DNA from: Nannocystis sp. SCPEA4
Lineage (GTDB): Bacteria > Myxococcota_A > Polyangia > Nannocystales > Nannocystaceae
DNA: 64,000 nt
Assembly (NCBI RefSeq): GCF_026626685.1
Contig: NZ_JAPNJX010000001.1
Location: 268,752 to 332,751 of the forward strand
Direction of reading: 5' to 3'
The notes beneath the pieces are model-generated. The model made no database searches. It saw only the letters and a list, made by a program, of their open reading frames with translations, and was not told the DNA's origin. This document shows positions 47,805-56,874 of the stretch, piece after piece (position 1 is the stretch's first letter; the number at the start of each line of letters is the position of its first letter). The position numbers were made by a program, and so were the translations under genes.

Positions 47805-48569
47805 TTAGCTGTTCTTGGAGACAGGTACTTCGGGACAGGGCGCTTCGGACCTGTCCCCAGAGTCAGCATTCACGGCGGCCGCGGCGGCGTTGTCGGCGTA
47901 GCCGGGCGCGGCGTCGACGTAGCCGGCGCGGACCAGGGCCTCACGGGTGAGCGCGGGCGCGGCAGCCCGGCCGGCCTCGGCCTCGGAGCCGAGCAGGCGG
48001 GCGACGTAGCGCGCCAGCAGGTCGACCTCGAGGTTGAGCGCGTCGCCCACCTTCAGGTCGGCCAGGGTCGTGGCCGCGAGCGTGTGCGGGATCAGGCCCA
48101 CGGCGAACCCGCGCGGGTCGACGGCGTTGACGGTGAGGCTGACGCCGTCGACGCACACGCTGCCCTTGACCGCGATGTAGCGGGCCAGCTCGGCCGGGAC
48201 GTCGAACCACATCTCGACCGCGTCGCCGCGGGCGACCCGGCTGCGCACGCGCGCCAGGCCGTCGACATGGCCAGACACGAGATGACCGCCGAGCGCGTCG
48301 CCGAGCCGCAGCGCCGGCTCGAGGTTGACGCGGCTGCCCGGCCGCAGTTCGCCGAGGGTGGTGACCGCGAGCGTCTCGAACGCGGCTTCGACAGTAAAGT
48401 CGTTGGCGGTCGAGGCGACCACGGTGAGACACACGCCCGAGATCGCGACGCTGGCGCCGAGGCTGCGATCGCCCTCCGACAGCGCGTAGCGGATCACGAA
48501 GGTGCGTCGCTGCGCGCCAGGGATCACGCGCTCGACCGTGCCGACGCCGCGCACGAGGCCGGTGAACAT
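47805..48569 (-). CDS. ribE: Riboflavin synthase (alpha subunit) with a ~50-aa C-terminal extension
   Basis: MFTGLVRGVGTVERV...GHLVSGHVDG lumazine-binding repeats. The tail ...ADSGDRSEAPCPEVPVSKNS is encoded by palindromic-motif DNA. Confidence 0.85.
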   Translation of the reverse strand: MFTGLVRGVGTVERVIPGAQRRTFVIRYALSEGDRSLGASVAISGVCLTVVASTANDFTVEAAFETLAVTTLGELRPGSRVNLEPALRLGDALGGHLVSGHVDGLARVRSRVARGDAVEMWFDVPAELARYIAVKGSVCVDGVSLTVNAVDPRGFAVGLIPHTLAATTLADLKVGDALNLEVDLLARYVARLLGSEAEAGRAAAPALTREALVRAGYVDAAPGYADNAAAAAVNADSGDRSEAPCPEVPVSKNS

Positions 48570-48629
48570 GCGGGGGTTATGGCACAGATCACCGGCCGGT
48601 GCGACGGCCCGCAGAGCCCGCCGGATGCG

Positions 48630-49865
48630 TCAGATCTCGCGTCCTGCGGGATCGTCGGCGGCGTTCGCCGGCGGGCCGAGGACGGTCAGGCCGTCGACCC
48701 CGACGTCGGTGCGCAGCAGCGGACGAAGCCGCGTGGCGTCGGCGACCGCCGCGACCTTGAGGCCGGCGGCCGCGGGTCGTCCGTCACCCAGCACGATCGG
48801 CGCATGGAACCAATAGAACCGCTGCCACGCGGCGGCGGCGACGAAGCTGGCGATCATCCGCCCGCCGCCCTCGACCAACAGCGAACGTAGCGGCAGCTTG
48901 CCCAGCGCCTGCAACGCGCCGGCGACGTCGACCCGGCCCTCGGCGTCGCCGTCGAGCTCGATGCGCCGCAGGCCGAGCTCCTCGACCGCCCGCTGCGCCG
49001 CGGCGGGAGCGCGGCTGGTGTGCAGCACCACGGTGCCCGGCCGCAGCAACGTCGGCCGGCGCACCGCCCCGGCCACACGCAGCCCGCTGTCGAAGATCAC
49101 CGGCAGCGGGTCGACGCCGGTCACCATGCGCACCGACAGCGCGGGATCGTCGCGCAACACGGTATCGGCGCCCACGGCGATCGCGTGGTGACGGGCGCGC
49201 AACCAGTGTCCGAGGCGCCGCGCCGGCTCGCCGGTGATCCACTTGCTGTCCCCCGAGCCAGCCGCGATCTGGCCGTCGAGCGACGACGCGATCTTCAGCG
49301 TGACGAACGGCAGCCGCGTCCTCTCGTGGTGCAGGTAGTGCTCGTGCGCAGACGCGCACGCGCCCGCGAGCACGCCCTCACGCACGCGAAGGCCGGCCGC
49401 GCGCAGCAGTTCGATCCCCCGACCGCCGGCGTGCACCGCGGGATCGAGGCTGCCGATCACGACCTCGGCGACGCCGGCGGCGATCAGCGCCCCGGTGCAC
49501 GGCGGCGTGCGGCCGAAGTGCGAGCACGGCTCGAGCGTGACGTAGACCGTCGCCCCGCGCGCGGCCTCGCCGGCCTGCTGCAGCGCGGCGACCTCGGCGT
49601 GCGGGCCTCCGGTGACCGCGCTGCGCCCGGCGCCGACGACCTTCTCGCCCTGCACGACGATCGCGCCGACGCACGGGTTCGGGTAGGTCGCGCCGGTGCC
49701 CGAGCGGGCCAGCGCCACGGCCGCGCCCATCAGTCGCACGTCGCGCGCTGCCGGCGACTCGTCTGCGACCGGCGCGCTCGCCAGCGCCGCTGCGATCGCC
49801 CTCGGGCCGTCGTCTGCGGTCCCGCTCGCGCCGCCGAGCAGGTCAGCGAGCTCGGGGTGGATCAA
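48630..49865 (-). CDS. ribD: Bifunctional diaminohydroxyphosphoribosylaminopyrimidine deaminase / 5-amino-6-(5-phosphoribosylamino)uracil reductase
   Basis: PNPCVGAIVV...HAEVAAL...LEPCSHFGRTPPC deaminase motifs plus a reductase domain. Conservation begins ~45 codons in. The true start may be ~49736; the TTG at 49865 overlaps the nrdR stop. Confidence 0.9.
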   Translation of the reverse strand: MIHPELADLLGGASGTADDGPRAIAAALASAPVADESPAARDVRLMGAAVALARSGTGATYPNPCVGAIVVQGEKVVGAGRSAVTGGPHAEVAALQQAGEAARGATVYVTLEPCSHFGRTPPCTGALIAAGVAEVVIGSLDPAVHAGGRGIELLRAAGLRVREGVLAGACASAHEHYLHHERTRLPFVTLKIASSLDGQIAAGSGDSKWITGEPARRLGHWLRARHHAIAVGADTVLRDDPALSVRMVTGVDPLPVIFDSGLRVAGAVRRPTLLRPGTVVLHTSRAPAAAQRAVEELGLRRIELDGDAEGRVDVAGALQALGKLPLRSLLVEGGGRMIASFVAAAAWQRFYWFHAPIVLGDGRPAAAGLKVAAVADATRLRPLLRTDVGVDGLTVLGPPANAADDPAGREI

Positions 49866-50479
49866 TTCACCTCGCTCTCCGGCGACGCAGCCGGCGCGGA
49901 CCTGTCCCCAGAGTCAGCCTCGTCCTCGCCCTCGGGGAAAGCCGCCAGCCGGGTCGGCGCGCTGAGTTGGATCTGCCCGCGGGCGTCGATCTCGAACAGC
50001 GTGCGCTGGCCCTCGGGGCTGGTGTGCGCGGCCTTCTCCATCTCGTTCAGCAGGTGCACGAACTCGTCGACCGCCTGGTACTCGCCGTGGGTGGCGACGT
50101 AGCGCACGTAGGCGACGGCGTCGAGCGGGCGCAGCAGGCGGAGGATCCGGTCGGCGATCTCCTCGGCGCGGATCTCCTTCTCTCCGCGCGTCGCGGCCCA
50201 CAGCTCGACCACGCCGAGCAGCGCCTCGATCTGCTCGTCATCGACGGGGCGCTTGCGGCAGACCGCCTGCAGCGAGGCGCGGATCTTGTTGCGATCGAAC
50301 AGCTGCTTGCCTCCGCCGCGCTTGAGCACGATCGGCGGCGTGGTCTCGATGCGCTCGTAGGTGGTGAAGCGGTGGTTGCAGTCGAGGCACGCGCGGCGCC
50401 GCCGGATCGCACCGCCGTCCCGACTCTCCCTCGAGTCGAGGACCTTGATGCTCCCGCTGCGGCAGACCGGGCAGAGCAA
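49862..50479 (-). CDS. nrdR: Transcriptional repressor NrdR with a ~55-aa C-terminal extension
   Basis: MLCPVCRSGSIKVLDSRESRDGGAIRRRRACLDCNHRFTTYE zinc ribbon + ATP-cone. The extension ...EADSGDRSAPAASPESEVN is encoded by the same 21-bp motif found at the ribE 3' end. Confidence 0.9.
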   Translation of the reverse strand: MLCPVCRSGSIKVLDSRESRDGGAIRRRRACLDCNHRFTTYERIETTPPIVLKRGGGKQLFDRNKIRASLQAVCRKRPVDDEQIEALLGVVELWAATRGEKEIRAEEIADRILRLLRPLDAVAYVRYVATHGEYQAVDEFVHLLNEMEKAAHTSPEGQRTLFEIDARGQIQLSAPTRLAAFPEGEDEADSGDRSAPAASPESEVN

Positions 50480-50480
50480 C

Positions 50481-50921
50481 CTACCCCCCGGGCTCCAGCT
50501 TCTCGACTCGCCGGGCGTGGCGCCCCCCGGCGAAGCGGGCGTCGAGGAAGGTCCTGAGCAGGACCTTCGCCAGTTCGACGCCGACGACCCGCGCGCCCAG
50601 ACAGAGCACGTTGGCGTCGTTGTGTTCGCGGGCCATCGCCGCGCTGAACGGATCCATCACCACCGCGGCGCGGATGCCCGCCTGCTTGTTGGCGGCCATG
50701 GCCATGCCCTGACCTGTCCCACAGACCAGGAGGCCGAGCGAGCCCGGCTCGGCGCGCACGTGACGGGCGACCTCGACCGCGACGTCGGGGTAGTCGACCG
50801 ACTCGCTGGCCGCGGCCGGTCCGCTCTCGCTGGCGACCTCGTGGCCGAACGCGGCCACGGCGGCCGCGAGCTCGCGCCGGAGGTCGATCGCCGCGTGGTC
50901 GCTGCCGAGGTGCACGCGCAT
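50481..50921 (-). CDS. rpiB: Ribose-5-phosphate isomerase B (RpiB/LacAB family)
   Basis: MRVHLGSDHAA...LLVCGTGQGMAMAANKQAGIRAAV. The ORF 50481..51371 was trimmed to this Met; the upstream part is out-of-family. Confidence 0.8.
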   Translation of the reverse strand: MRVHLGSDHAAIDLRRELAAAVAAFGHEVASESGPAAASESVDYPDVAVEVARHVRAEPGSLGLLVCGTGQGMAMAANKQAGIRAAVVMDPFSAAMAREHNDANVLCLGARVVGVELAKVLLRTFLDARFAGGRHARRVEKLEPGG

Positions 50922-50928
50922 GGTCGGT

Positions 50929-52167
50929 CTAGCCTGCCCGCTTGAGCACGAGGCACGCGTTGGTGCCGCCGAAGCCGAAGCTGTTGGAGAGGGCGACGTC
51001 GACCGCGACGCGGCGCGCCTCGTGCGGCACGTAGTCGAGGTCGCAGTCGGGGTCGGGGTCGTCGAGGTTGATGGTCGGCGGAAGCACGTTGTGGTGCAGC
51101 GCGAGGGCGCAGATCGCCGCCTCGAGCCCGCCGGTGGCCCCGAGCAGGTGGCCGTGCATCGACTTCGTCGACGACACCGCCAGCTTGCGCGCGTGCTCGC
51201 CAAACACCGCCTTGATCGCGCCGGTCTCGGTCGCGTCGGCGCTGGTCGAGGTGCCGTGCGCGTTGATGTAGCCGACCGTCTCGGGGGCGAGGCCCGCGTC
51301 GCGCAACGCGAGCCGCATGCACCGCTGCGCGCCCTCGCCGTCGGGCGACGGCGCGGTGATGTGGTGCGCATCCGAGGTCGCCGCGTAGCCGACGATCTCG
51401 GCGTAGATCCGGGCCCCGCGGGCCTTCGCGCGCTCCCACTCCTCGAGGATCACGAGACCGGCGCCCTCGCTGAGGACGAAGCCGTCGCGGCTGAGGGTGA
51501 ACGGCCGCGACGCCTTGGTGGGCTCGTCGTTGCGGGTCGACAGCGCGCGCATCGACGCGAACCCGCCGACCGCCAGCGGCGACACCGTGGCCTCGGTGCC
51601 GCCGGCGATCATCACGTCGGCGCCGCCGCGGGCGATCAGGTGGAACGCCTCGCCGATGCTGTGCGCACCGGTCGAGCAGGCCGACACGTGGCTCATGTTC
51701 GGCCCGCGGTAGTTGTGGCGGATCGAGATCTGCCCGGGCGCGAGGTTGACGATGATCGCCGGCACGAAGTACGGGCTGATGCCGAGGCGCGGGCCCTTCT
51801 CGCGCAGCGAGTCGTGCGTGGCCTCGAGGACCGGCAGACCGCCGAGGCCGGCGCCGACGTAGACGCCGAAGCGCTCGGGGTCGTCGGGCGAACCGAGCTG
51901 CGCGTCCTCGACGGCCATCGCCGCGGCCGCGATCGCGTACTGGATGAAGAGGTCCATCTGCCGGACCTCCTTCTTGGCGATCCAGCGGGTCGGATCGAAG
52001 TTCCGGACCTCACCCGCGATCCGCGTCGACAAGTTGCTGGCGTCGAACCGCGTGATCGGCCCGATCCCCGACTGCCCTGCGCACAAGCTCCGCCAGTTGT
52101 CGTCGTTGCCGACGCCCAGCGGGCTGATGAGCCCCACTCCCGTGATCGCGACCCTGCGCCCCGTCAC
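50929..52167 (-). CDS. fabF: Beta-ketoacyl-ACP synthase II
   Basis: Active-site Cys in [16 protein letters not shown] and the GHLLGATG His motifs. Full-length FabF colinearity. Confidence 0.95.
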   Translation of the reverse strand: MTGRRVAITGVGLISPLGVGNDDNWRSLCAGQSGIGPITRFDASNLSTRIAGEVRNFDPTRWIAKKEVRQMDLFIQYAIAAAAMAVEDAQLGSPDDPERFGVYVGAGLGGLPVLEATHDSLREKGPRLGISPYFVPAIIVNLAPGQISIRHNYRGPNMSHVSACSTGAHSIGEAFHLIARGGADVMIAGGTEATVSPLAVGGFASMRALSTRNDEPTKASRPFTLSRDGFVLSEGAGLVILEEWERAKARGARIYAEIVGYAATSDAHHITAPSPDGEGAQRCMRLALRDAGLAPETVGYINAHGTSTSADATETGAIKAVFGEHARKLAVSSTKSMHGHLLGATGGLEAAICALALHHNVLPPTINLDDPDPDCDLDYVPHEARRVAVDVALSNSFGFGGTNACLVLKRAG

Positions 52168-52174
52168 AACGACC

Positions 52175-52420
52175 TCAGGCCTTGCGGCGCGCGCGGATGT
52201 AGCTCACCGCGTCACCGACGGTCTTGATGTTCTCGACCTCTTCGTCGGGGATCTTGATCTCGAAGTGCTCCTCGAAGGCGAGGACGAGCTCGACGATCGC
52301 CAGCGAGTCGGCGCCGAGGTCGTCGGTGAAGATCTTGTCCAGCGTGCAGTCCTCGGGCTTCACGTCGAGCTGCTCGCGCACGATTTCGATGACCTGCTTC
52401 TCGATGTCGGATGTCGTCAT
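52175..52420 (-). CDS. acpP: Acyl carrier protein
   Basis: 81 aa. DSL phosphopantetheine attachment motif ([11 protein letters not shown]). Confidence 0.95.
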   Translation of the reverse strand: MTTSDIEKQVIEIVREQLDVKPEDCTLDKIFTDDLGADSLAIVELVLAFEEHFEIKIPDEEVENIKTVGDAVSYIRARRKA

Positions 52421-52474
52421 GGTGGTAGTTCCCTCTCAGGACGGGTCACAAGCGGCGCACTAAATACGGAGGCT

Positions 52475-53272
52475 TCACATGCGCAGGCCGCCGTTGATCG
52501 CGAGGACTTGCCCCGTGATGTAGGCGGCGGCCGGCGCGGCCAGGTAGGCCACGGCCTCGGCGACCTCTTCGGGTCGACCGATCCGGCCCAGCGGGATCTG
52601 CTTGAGCAGCGCCTCGCGGGCCTCGCCGTGGACGCTGGCGGCCGTCATGTCGGTCTCGAAGAAGCCCGGCGTGACGGCGTTGACGGTGACGCCACGGCTG
52701 GCGAACTCGCGGGCGAGCGAGCGGGTCAGGCCGAGCATGCCGGCCTTGGCGGCGGCGTACATCGCCTGGCCGGCGTTGCCCTGCTCGCCGATCACGCTGC
52801 TGATGTTGATGATGCGGCCGTCGGCCTTGGCCTTGAGCAGCTGGCGAGCGGCCGCCTTGGCGCAGAAGAACGCGCCCTTGAGGTTCACGTCGAGGACGCG
52901 CTGGAAGTCGGCCGCGGAGGCGCGCATCAGCAGGGCGTCGATCGAGATCCCGGCGTTGTTGACGAGGATGTGCAGGCCGCCGAGCTCGGCGGCGATGCGC
53001 TGCACGCCGGCCTCGACCGCGGCCGCGTCGGCGACGTCGAACCCGTACGGCCGGGCCGCGCCGCCCTCGCCGACGATCTCGTCGCACAGCTCGCGGGCCG
53101 CGTCCTCGCGGGCGGCGTAGTTGACGGCGACGCTCGCCCCGCGCTGCGCGAGCAGCTTGGCGATCGCCCGCCCGATCCCTCGCGACGCGCCGGTCACGAG
53201 CGCGACGCGCCCGGTGAGCGCGAGCGACGGCGGCAGCGCCCGGGGCTGGGTATTGGCTTCGAGGCCCGACAC
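52475..53272 (-). CDS. fabG: 3-oxoacyl-ACP reductase
   Basis: [22 protein letters not shown], and a catalytic triad (S...Y-x3-K) that aligns with SDR FabG, YAAAK. Position within the fab operon. Confidence 0.9.
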   Translation of the reverse strand: MSGLEANTQPRALPPSLALTGRVALVTGASRGIGRAIAKLLAQRGASVAVNYAAREDAARELCDEIVGEGGAARPYGFDVADAAAVEAGVQRIAAELGGLHILVNNAGISIDALLMRASAADFQRVLDVNLKGAFFCAKAAARQLLKAKADGRIINISSVIGEQGNAGQAMYAAAKAGMLGLTRSLAREFASRGVTVNAVTPGFFETDMTAASVHGEAREALLKQIPLGRIGRPEEVAEAVAYLAAPAAAYITGQVLAINGGLRM

Positions 53273-54255
53273 TAGGTGCCGAGCTTTAGCACATCGAGGT
53301 CCGCCGGGGAACCGACGGCGGCGAGCGAGAAGCCCTTGTCGATGCGTTTAATCAAGTTGCAGAGCACTTTGCCGTGCCCGAGCTCGAGCCCGCGAGAGAT
53401 ATCCATGCGTATCACCGTTCGCACGGACGCCTCCCAGCGGACGCGGCCGGTGATCTGACGAACGAGTCGATCGCGGACGTCCTGCGCCCCGCCGCTCGTC
53501 GGATACGGCTCGGCATCGACGTTCGCGATCACGGGCGCACGCGGCGCGGCGATGTCCATCGTCGCCAACGCCTCGGCCACCCGCTCGGCCGCGGGCTGCA
53601 TCAGCGCGCAGTGGAACGGCGCCGACACGTTGAGCTTCATCGCTCGCGCCTTGTTCTCCTTGGCGCGCGCGACCACCCGCTCGACCGCCGCCGCGTGCCC
53701 GGCGATCACGATCTGTCCGCCGCCGTTCTCGTTCGCGGGGCTCACGACCTCGCCCCCGGTGCTCGCTTCTTCGCACCACTGCTCGAGCGCGAGCGGGTCG
53801 GCGCCGATCACCGCCGCCATCGCGCCCACGCCCGCGGGCACGGCCTCCTGCATGGCGAGCCCGCGCAGGCGCACCAGCTTGACCGCGTCGACGAACGTCA
53901 GCGCGCCCGCGGCGACCAGCGCCGAGAATTCACCGAGGCTGTGACCGAGCAGCGCGGCCGGCTGCAGCCCGAGCTCGCTCGTGACCACCGTCCACACCGC
54001 GATGCTGCAGGTGAGGATCGCCGGCTGGGTGTTGGCGGTCTGGGCCAGCGCCTCGGCCGGGCCCTCGAAGCACAGCCGCGACAGCGACTCGCCGAGCGCG
54101 TCGTCGGCCTCGGCGAACACGCGTCGCGCGGCGGGAAACGCCTCAGCCAGCGCCTTGCCCATCCCGGGCTCCTGGCTGCCCTGGCCGGGGAACAGGAACG
54201 CGAGCGGCCGGGCGACCCCAGCCGAGGAGCTGTCTGAAGAGACATGTTCGTTCAT
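53272..54255 (-). CDS. fabD: Malonyl-CoA:ACP transacylase
   Basis: [19 protein letters not shown] active-site Ser motif. Confidence 0.9.
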   Translation of the reverse strand: MNEHVSSDSSSAGVARPLAFLFPGQGSQEPGMGKALAEAFPAARRVFAEADDALGESLSRLCFEGPAEALAQTANTQPAILTCSIAVWTVVTSELGLQPAALLGHSLGEFSALVAAGALTFVDAVKLVRLRGLAMQEAVPAGVGAMAAVIGADPLALEQWCEEASTGGEVVSPANENGGGQIVIAGHAAAVERVVARAKENKARAMKLNVSAPFHCALMQPAAERVAEALATMDIAAPRAPVIANVDAEPYPTSGGAQDVRDRLVRQITGRVRWEASVRTVIRMDISRGLELGHGKVLCNLIKRIDKGFSLAAVGSPADLDVLKLGT

Positions 54256-55313
54256 GCAGGTGAATCCTCGCGCTTGGCGGCGGCGAACAGCTCGCGGTGA
54301 TCGCCGATCGCGGCCCGCAGCGCCGGCGTGAGGTCGCGCGCCGCGTAGTCGGCGGCGATCCGGATCCCGCGGGCGAGCGCCTTCGGTCCGGCGCCGCCGT
54401 GACAGATGATCGCCACCCCGTCGACGCCGAGCAGGGGCGCGCCGCCGTAGGTGTCGGGGTCGAGCTGCTCGCCGAGGCTGCGGAAGGCCGGGCGCAGGAT
54501 CAGCCCGCCGAGGCGGGTGCGCGCGGTCTTCATCACCGCGGCGCGCAGGAACCCGACGATGCCGCCGGCGGTCCCCTCCATCACCTTGAGCGCGACGTTG
54601 CCCGTGAACCCGTCGGTGACGATGACGTCGACCGTGTCTTTAAAGAAGTCCTTGCCCTCGACGTAGCCGTGGAACGAAAACGCGGGGCTCGGGTGGGCGG
54701 ACAGCAGGCGGTGGGCCGCGCGGGTGAGATCCGTGCCCTTGCCCTCCTCGCTGCCGTTCGACAGCACGCCGACGCGCGGCGTGACCCCGTGCACGGTGCG
54801 GGAGAAGATCGCCCCCATCACCGCGAACTGCACGAGGTTGATCGGCTTGCAGTCGACGTTCGCGCCCATGTCGATGAGCACGCACGGGCCGCCCTTGGGC
54901 CGCGGGAAGCTCGAGACGATCGCCGGACGGTCGATGCCCTTGAGCCGGCCGAAGCGGAACAGCCCGCACGCCAGCATCGCGCCGGAGTTGCCGGACGAGA
55001 CCACGGCCGCGGCCTGGCCGCGCCGGACCAGGTCGAAGCACACCAGCATCGACGCGTCGGGCTTGGAGCGCACCACCTTGGAGGGCGTGTCCTCCATGGT
55101 GATCACCTCCGACGCGTGATGGACGGTGATGCCGTCCTCGCCGTCGTAGCGAGTGACCCCGAGGAGCGCGAGCTGCGGCATGAGCCGTGCCCGATCGCCG
55201 ACGAGGATCACCTCTTGCCCGGCGCGCGCGGCGAGGACTGCGGCCTCGACCTCGACGAAGGGACAGTGATCACCGCCGAAGGCGTCGAGCGCGATCTTCC
55301 TCGTCGCCGCCAC
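54252..55313 (-). CDS. plsX: Phosphate acyltransferase PlsX
   Basis: Full-length PlsX colinearity (ALDAFGGDH...GLVLKS-like motifs). Overlaps the fabD start by 4 nt. Confidence 0.9.
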   Translation of the reverse strand: MAATRKIALDAFGGDHCPFVEVEAAVLAARAGQEVILVGDRARLMPQLALLGVTRYDGEDGITVHHASEVITMEDTPSKVVRSKPDASMLVCFDLVRRGQAAAVVSSGNSGAMLACGLFRFGRLKGIDRPAIVSSFPRPKGGPCVLIDMGANVDCKPINLVQFAVMGAIFSRTVHGVTPRVGVLSNGSEEGKGTDLTRAAHRLLSAHPSPAFSFHGYVEGKDFFKDTVDVIVTDGFTGNVALKVMEGTAGGIVGFLRAAVMKTARTRLGGLILRPAFRSLGEQLDPDTYGGAPLLGVDGVAIICHGGAGPKALARGIRIAADYAARDLTPALRAAIGDHRELFAAAKREDSPA

Positions 55314-55320
55314 CTCTTGC

Positions 55321-55506
55321 TTACTCTTGCGCGATCGTGATCACCTCACGGCCCTTGTAGTGGCCGCAGGCCGGGCACACGTGGTGGCTACGCACGCGCT
55401 CCTGGCAGTTCGGGCAGGCGACGAGGGTCGGCGCCGAGCGCTTGTCGTGGTGGGCGCGCCGCATGTCGCGGCGGGACTGGGACTTCTTCTTCTTGGGGAC
55501 AGCCAT
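55321..55506 (-). CDS. rpmF: 50S ribosomal protein L32
   Basis: [55 protein letters not shown], 61 aa. Extracted from the longer GC-frame ORF 55321..55875. Confidence 0.9.
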   Translation of the reverse strand: MAVPKKKKSQSRRDMRRAHHDKRSAPTLVACPNCQERVRSHHVCPACGHYKGREVITIAQE

Positions 55507-55627
55507 GGCACAAAACCGCCTTGGAAGCGGGGGCGGGAGTCTAGCGCTTTTCCCGGCGCCACAATCGGCGCAGGGGGCGGTAGGGCGCCCCGGGGACCTG
55601 AGATAACTCAAGCCCTCGAGGCGAAGA

Positions 55628-56533
55628 TCACTGCTTCTTCTTGCTGGGAGGCTTCTTGGAGGACTTGCTCGCCGACTTGGTCTTGCCGGCGGACGACTTG
55701 GCCGCCGGCTTGCCCGCGGCCGACTTGGCCGTCGGTTTGGCCGCCGATCTCCCGGCCGGCTTGCCCGACGACCTGGGGATCGGCTCGGGCTCCGGCTCGA
55801 ACCCGGGATCGAAATCGTCGACGCCAGGAATAGGACCGGCGAACTCCAGGTTGTCGGCCCCGGTGTCGTCGTCATCGCCCACGCCGGAGTCGGCGAGCTG
55901 CTTCAGGGCCGCTTGCCACGAGCTCGTGGGCTTGGCCGGCTCCTCGAGGTCGGCGTCGGCGGCGATCGGCACCTGGGCGTCGACCGCCCCGCACGCCGCG
56001 CACGGCCCCAGCGGCTGACCGTTCAGCTCGGCGCCGCAGCGCATACACAGGCCGCGGCACGCCTCGCCGTACGCGCACAGCGCCCGGATCGGATACGACA
56101 GCAGCACCTGCTCGGTGATCAGCGGCCGCAGGTCGATGCGCGTGCCCGAGAAGCTGCGCTCGTCGGGCGACTCGGTCTCGGTCTCCTCGTCGTCGGCGTC
56201 GCCGACGCGATCGCGGACGAAGTGCACACAAATCTCGCCGCCGGCCGAGACCGCGGCCGGCGCCAGGCAACGGGCGCAGGGGACGCTGTAGCCGCCCTGG
56301 ATCGAGCCGCGGACCAGGTAGCTGCTGCCCTCGCCGATCGGCGTGACCTCGAGCTTGGTGGATCCGGCACTCGTGACCTCCGCGTCGGTGTGCGCCAGCA
56401 CCGTCGCCATCCACGGCGCCGGAAGCTCCGCCTGGATGTCGTAGGGGCCCGGCCCCGAGCGGGCCAGGGCCACGAGATCGAGGTCAAGCTCCGGCGGGAG
56501 CTGCGTGCCGTCGTCGCGGGTCGTGGCCTTCAT
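55628..56533 (-). CDS. yceD: DUF177 (YceD-like) protein with a Lys/Ala/Ser-rich C-terminal tail
   Basis: CxxC...CxxC motifs (CARC...C; CMRCGAEL...CAACGA). Conserved position upstream of rpmF-plsX. Confidence 0.75.
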   Translation of the reverse strand: MKATTRDDGTQLPPELDLDLVALARSGPGPYDIQAELPAPWMATVLAHTDAEVTSAGSTKLEVTPIGEGSSYLVRGSIQGGYSVPCARCLAPAAVSAGGEICVHFVRDRVGDADDEETETESPDERSFSGTRIDLRPLITEQVLLSYPIRALCAYGEACRGLCMRCGAELNGQPLGPCAACGAVDAQVPIAADADLEEPAKPTSSWQAALKQLADSGVGDDDDTGADNLEFAGPIPGVDDFDPGFEPEPEPIPRSSGKPAGRSAAKPTAKSAAGKPAAKSSAGKTKSASKSSKKPPSKKKQ

Positions 56534-56635
56534 CCGGCCGCATGTAGCGCGTGGCGCCAGGGCTGTCAAACCGCCGCCAGCCCGGATCCATTCCCCGCCA
56601 GCCCCGGATCCTCCTGAATCCTTCTGGATCCTTCT

Positions 56636-56665
56636 GTTGACACGGCAAACGTGGATTGGCTATTG
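56636..56665 (+). promoter_or_regulatory. Candidate sigma70-like promoter for the giant repeat protein gene
   Basis: TTGACA (56636-56641) - 18 nt - TATTGC (56660-56665). Preceded by four ggatcc(t)t direct repeats. Speculative. Confidence 0.25.
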
Positions 56666-56874
56666 CCTCCCGGCCCTTGGTCGCCTCTGAGCCCACTGCG
56701 CGCCTCGGAGGCGCCGACGCGAGTCCCCAGCTCGACGCGCCCGGCGACGTCCCGGTCGTCGGCGCCGTCATCCACACGCGCGTCGCCACAGTGTCCGCCT
56801 GCCTGATCGGCGCCTGTCTGATCGGACTTGTCCCTCGGGACAGCCACGCCGCGCGCCCCGTCCCGCAGCTCGGC

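Noticed and set aside
48570-50480. FMN riboswitch (RFN element) upstream of the rib genes
   Set aside because: Looked for the conserved RFN core upstream of ribD, ribE and ribBA on the minus strand. The intergenic gaps are too short (<70 bp) or occupied by the palindromic motif, and no RFN-like sequence was seen.
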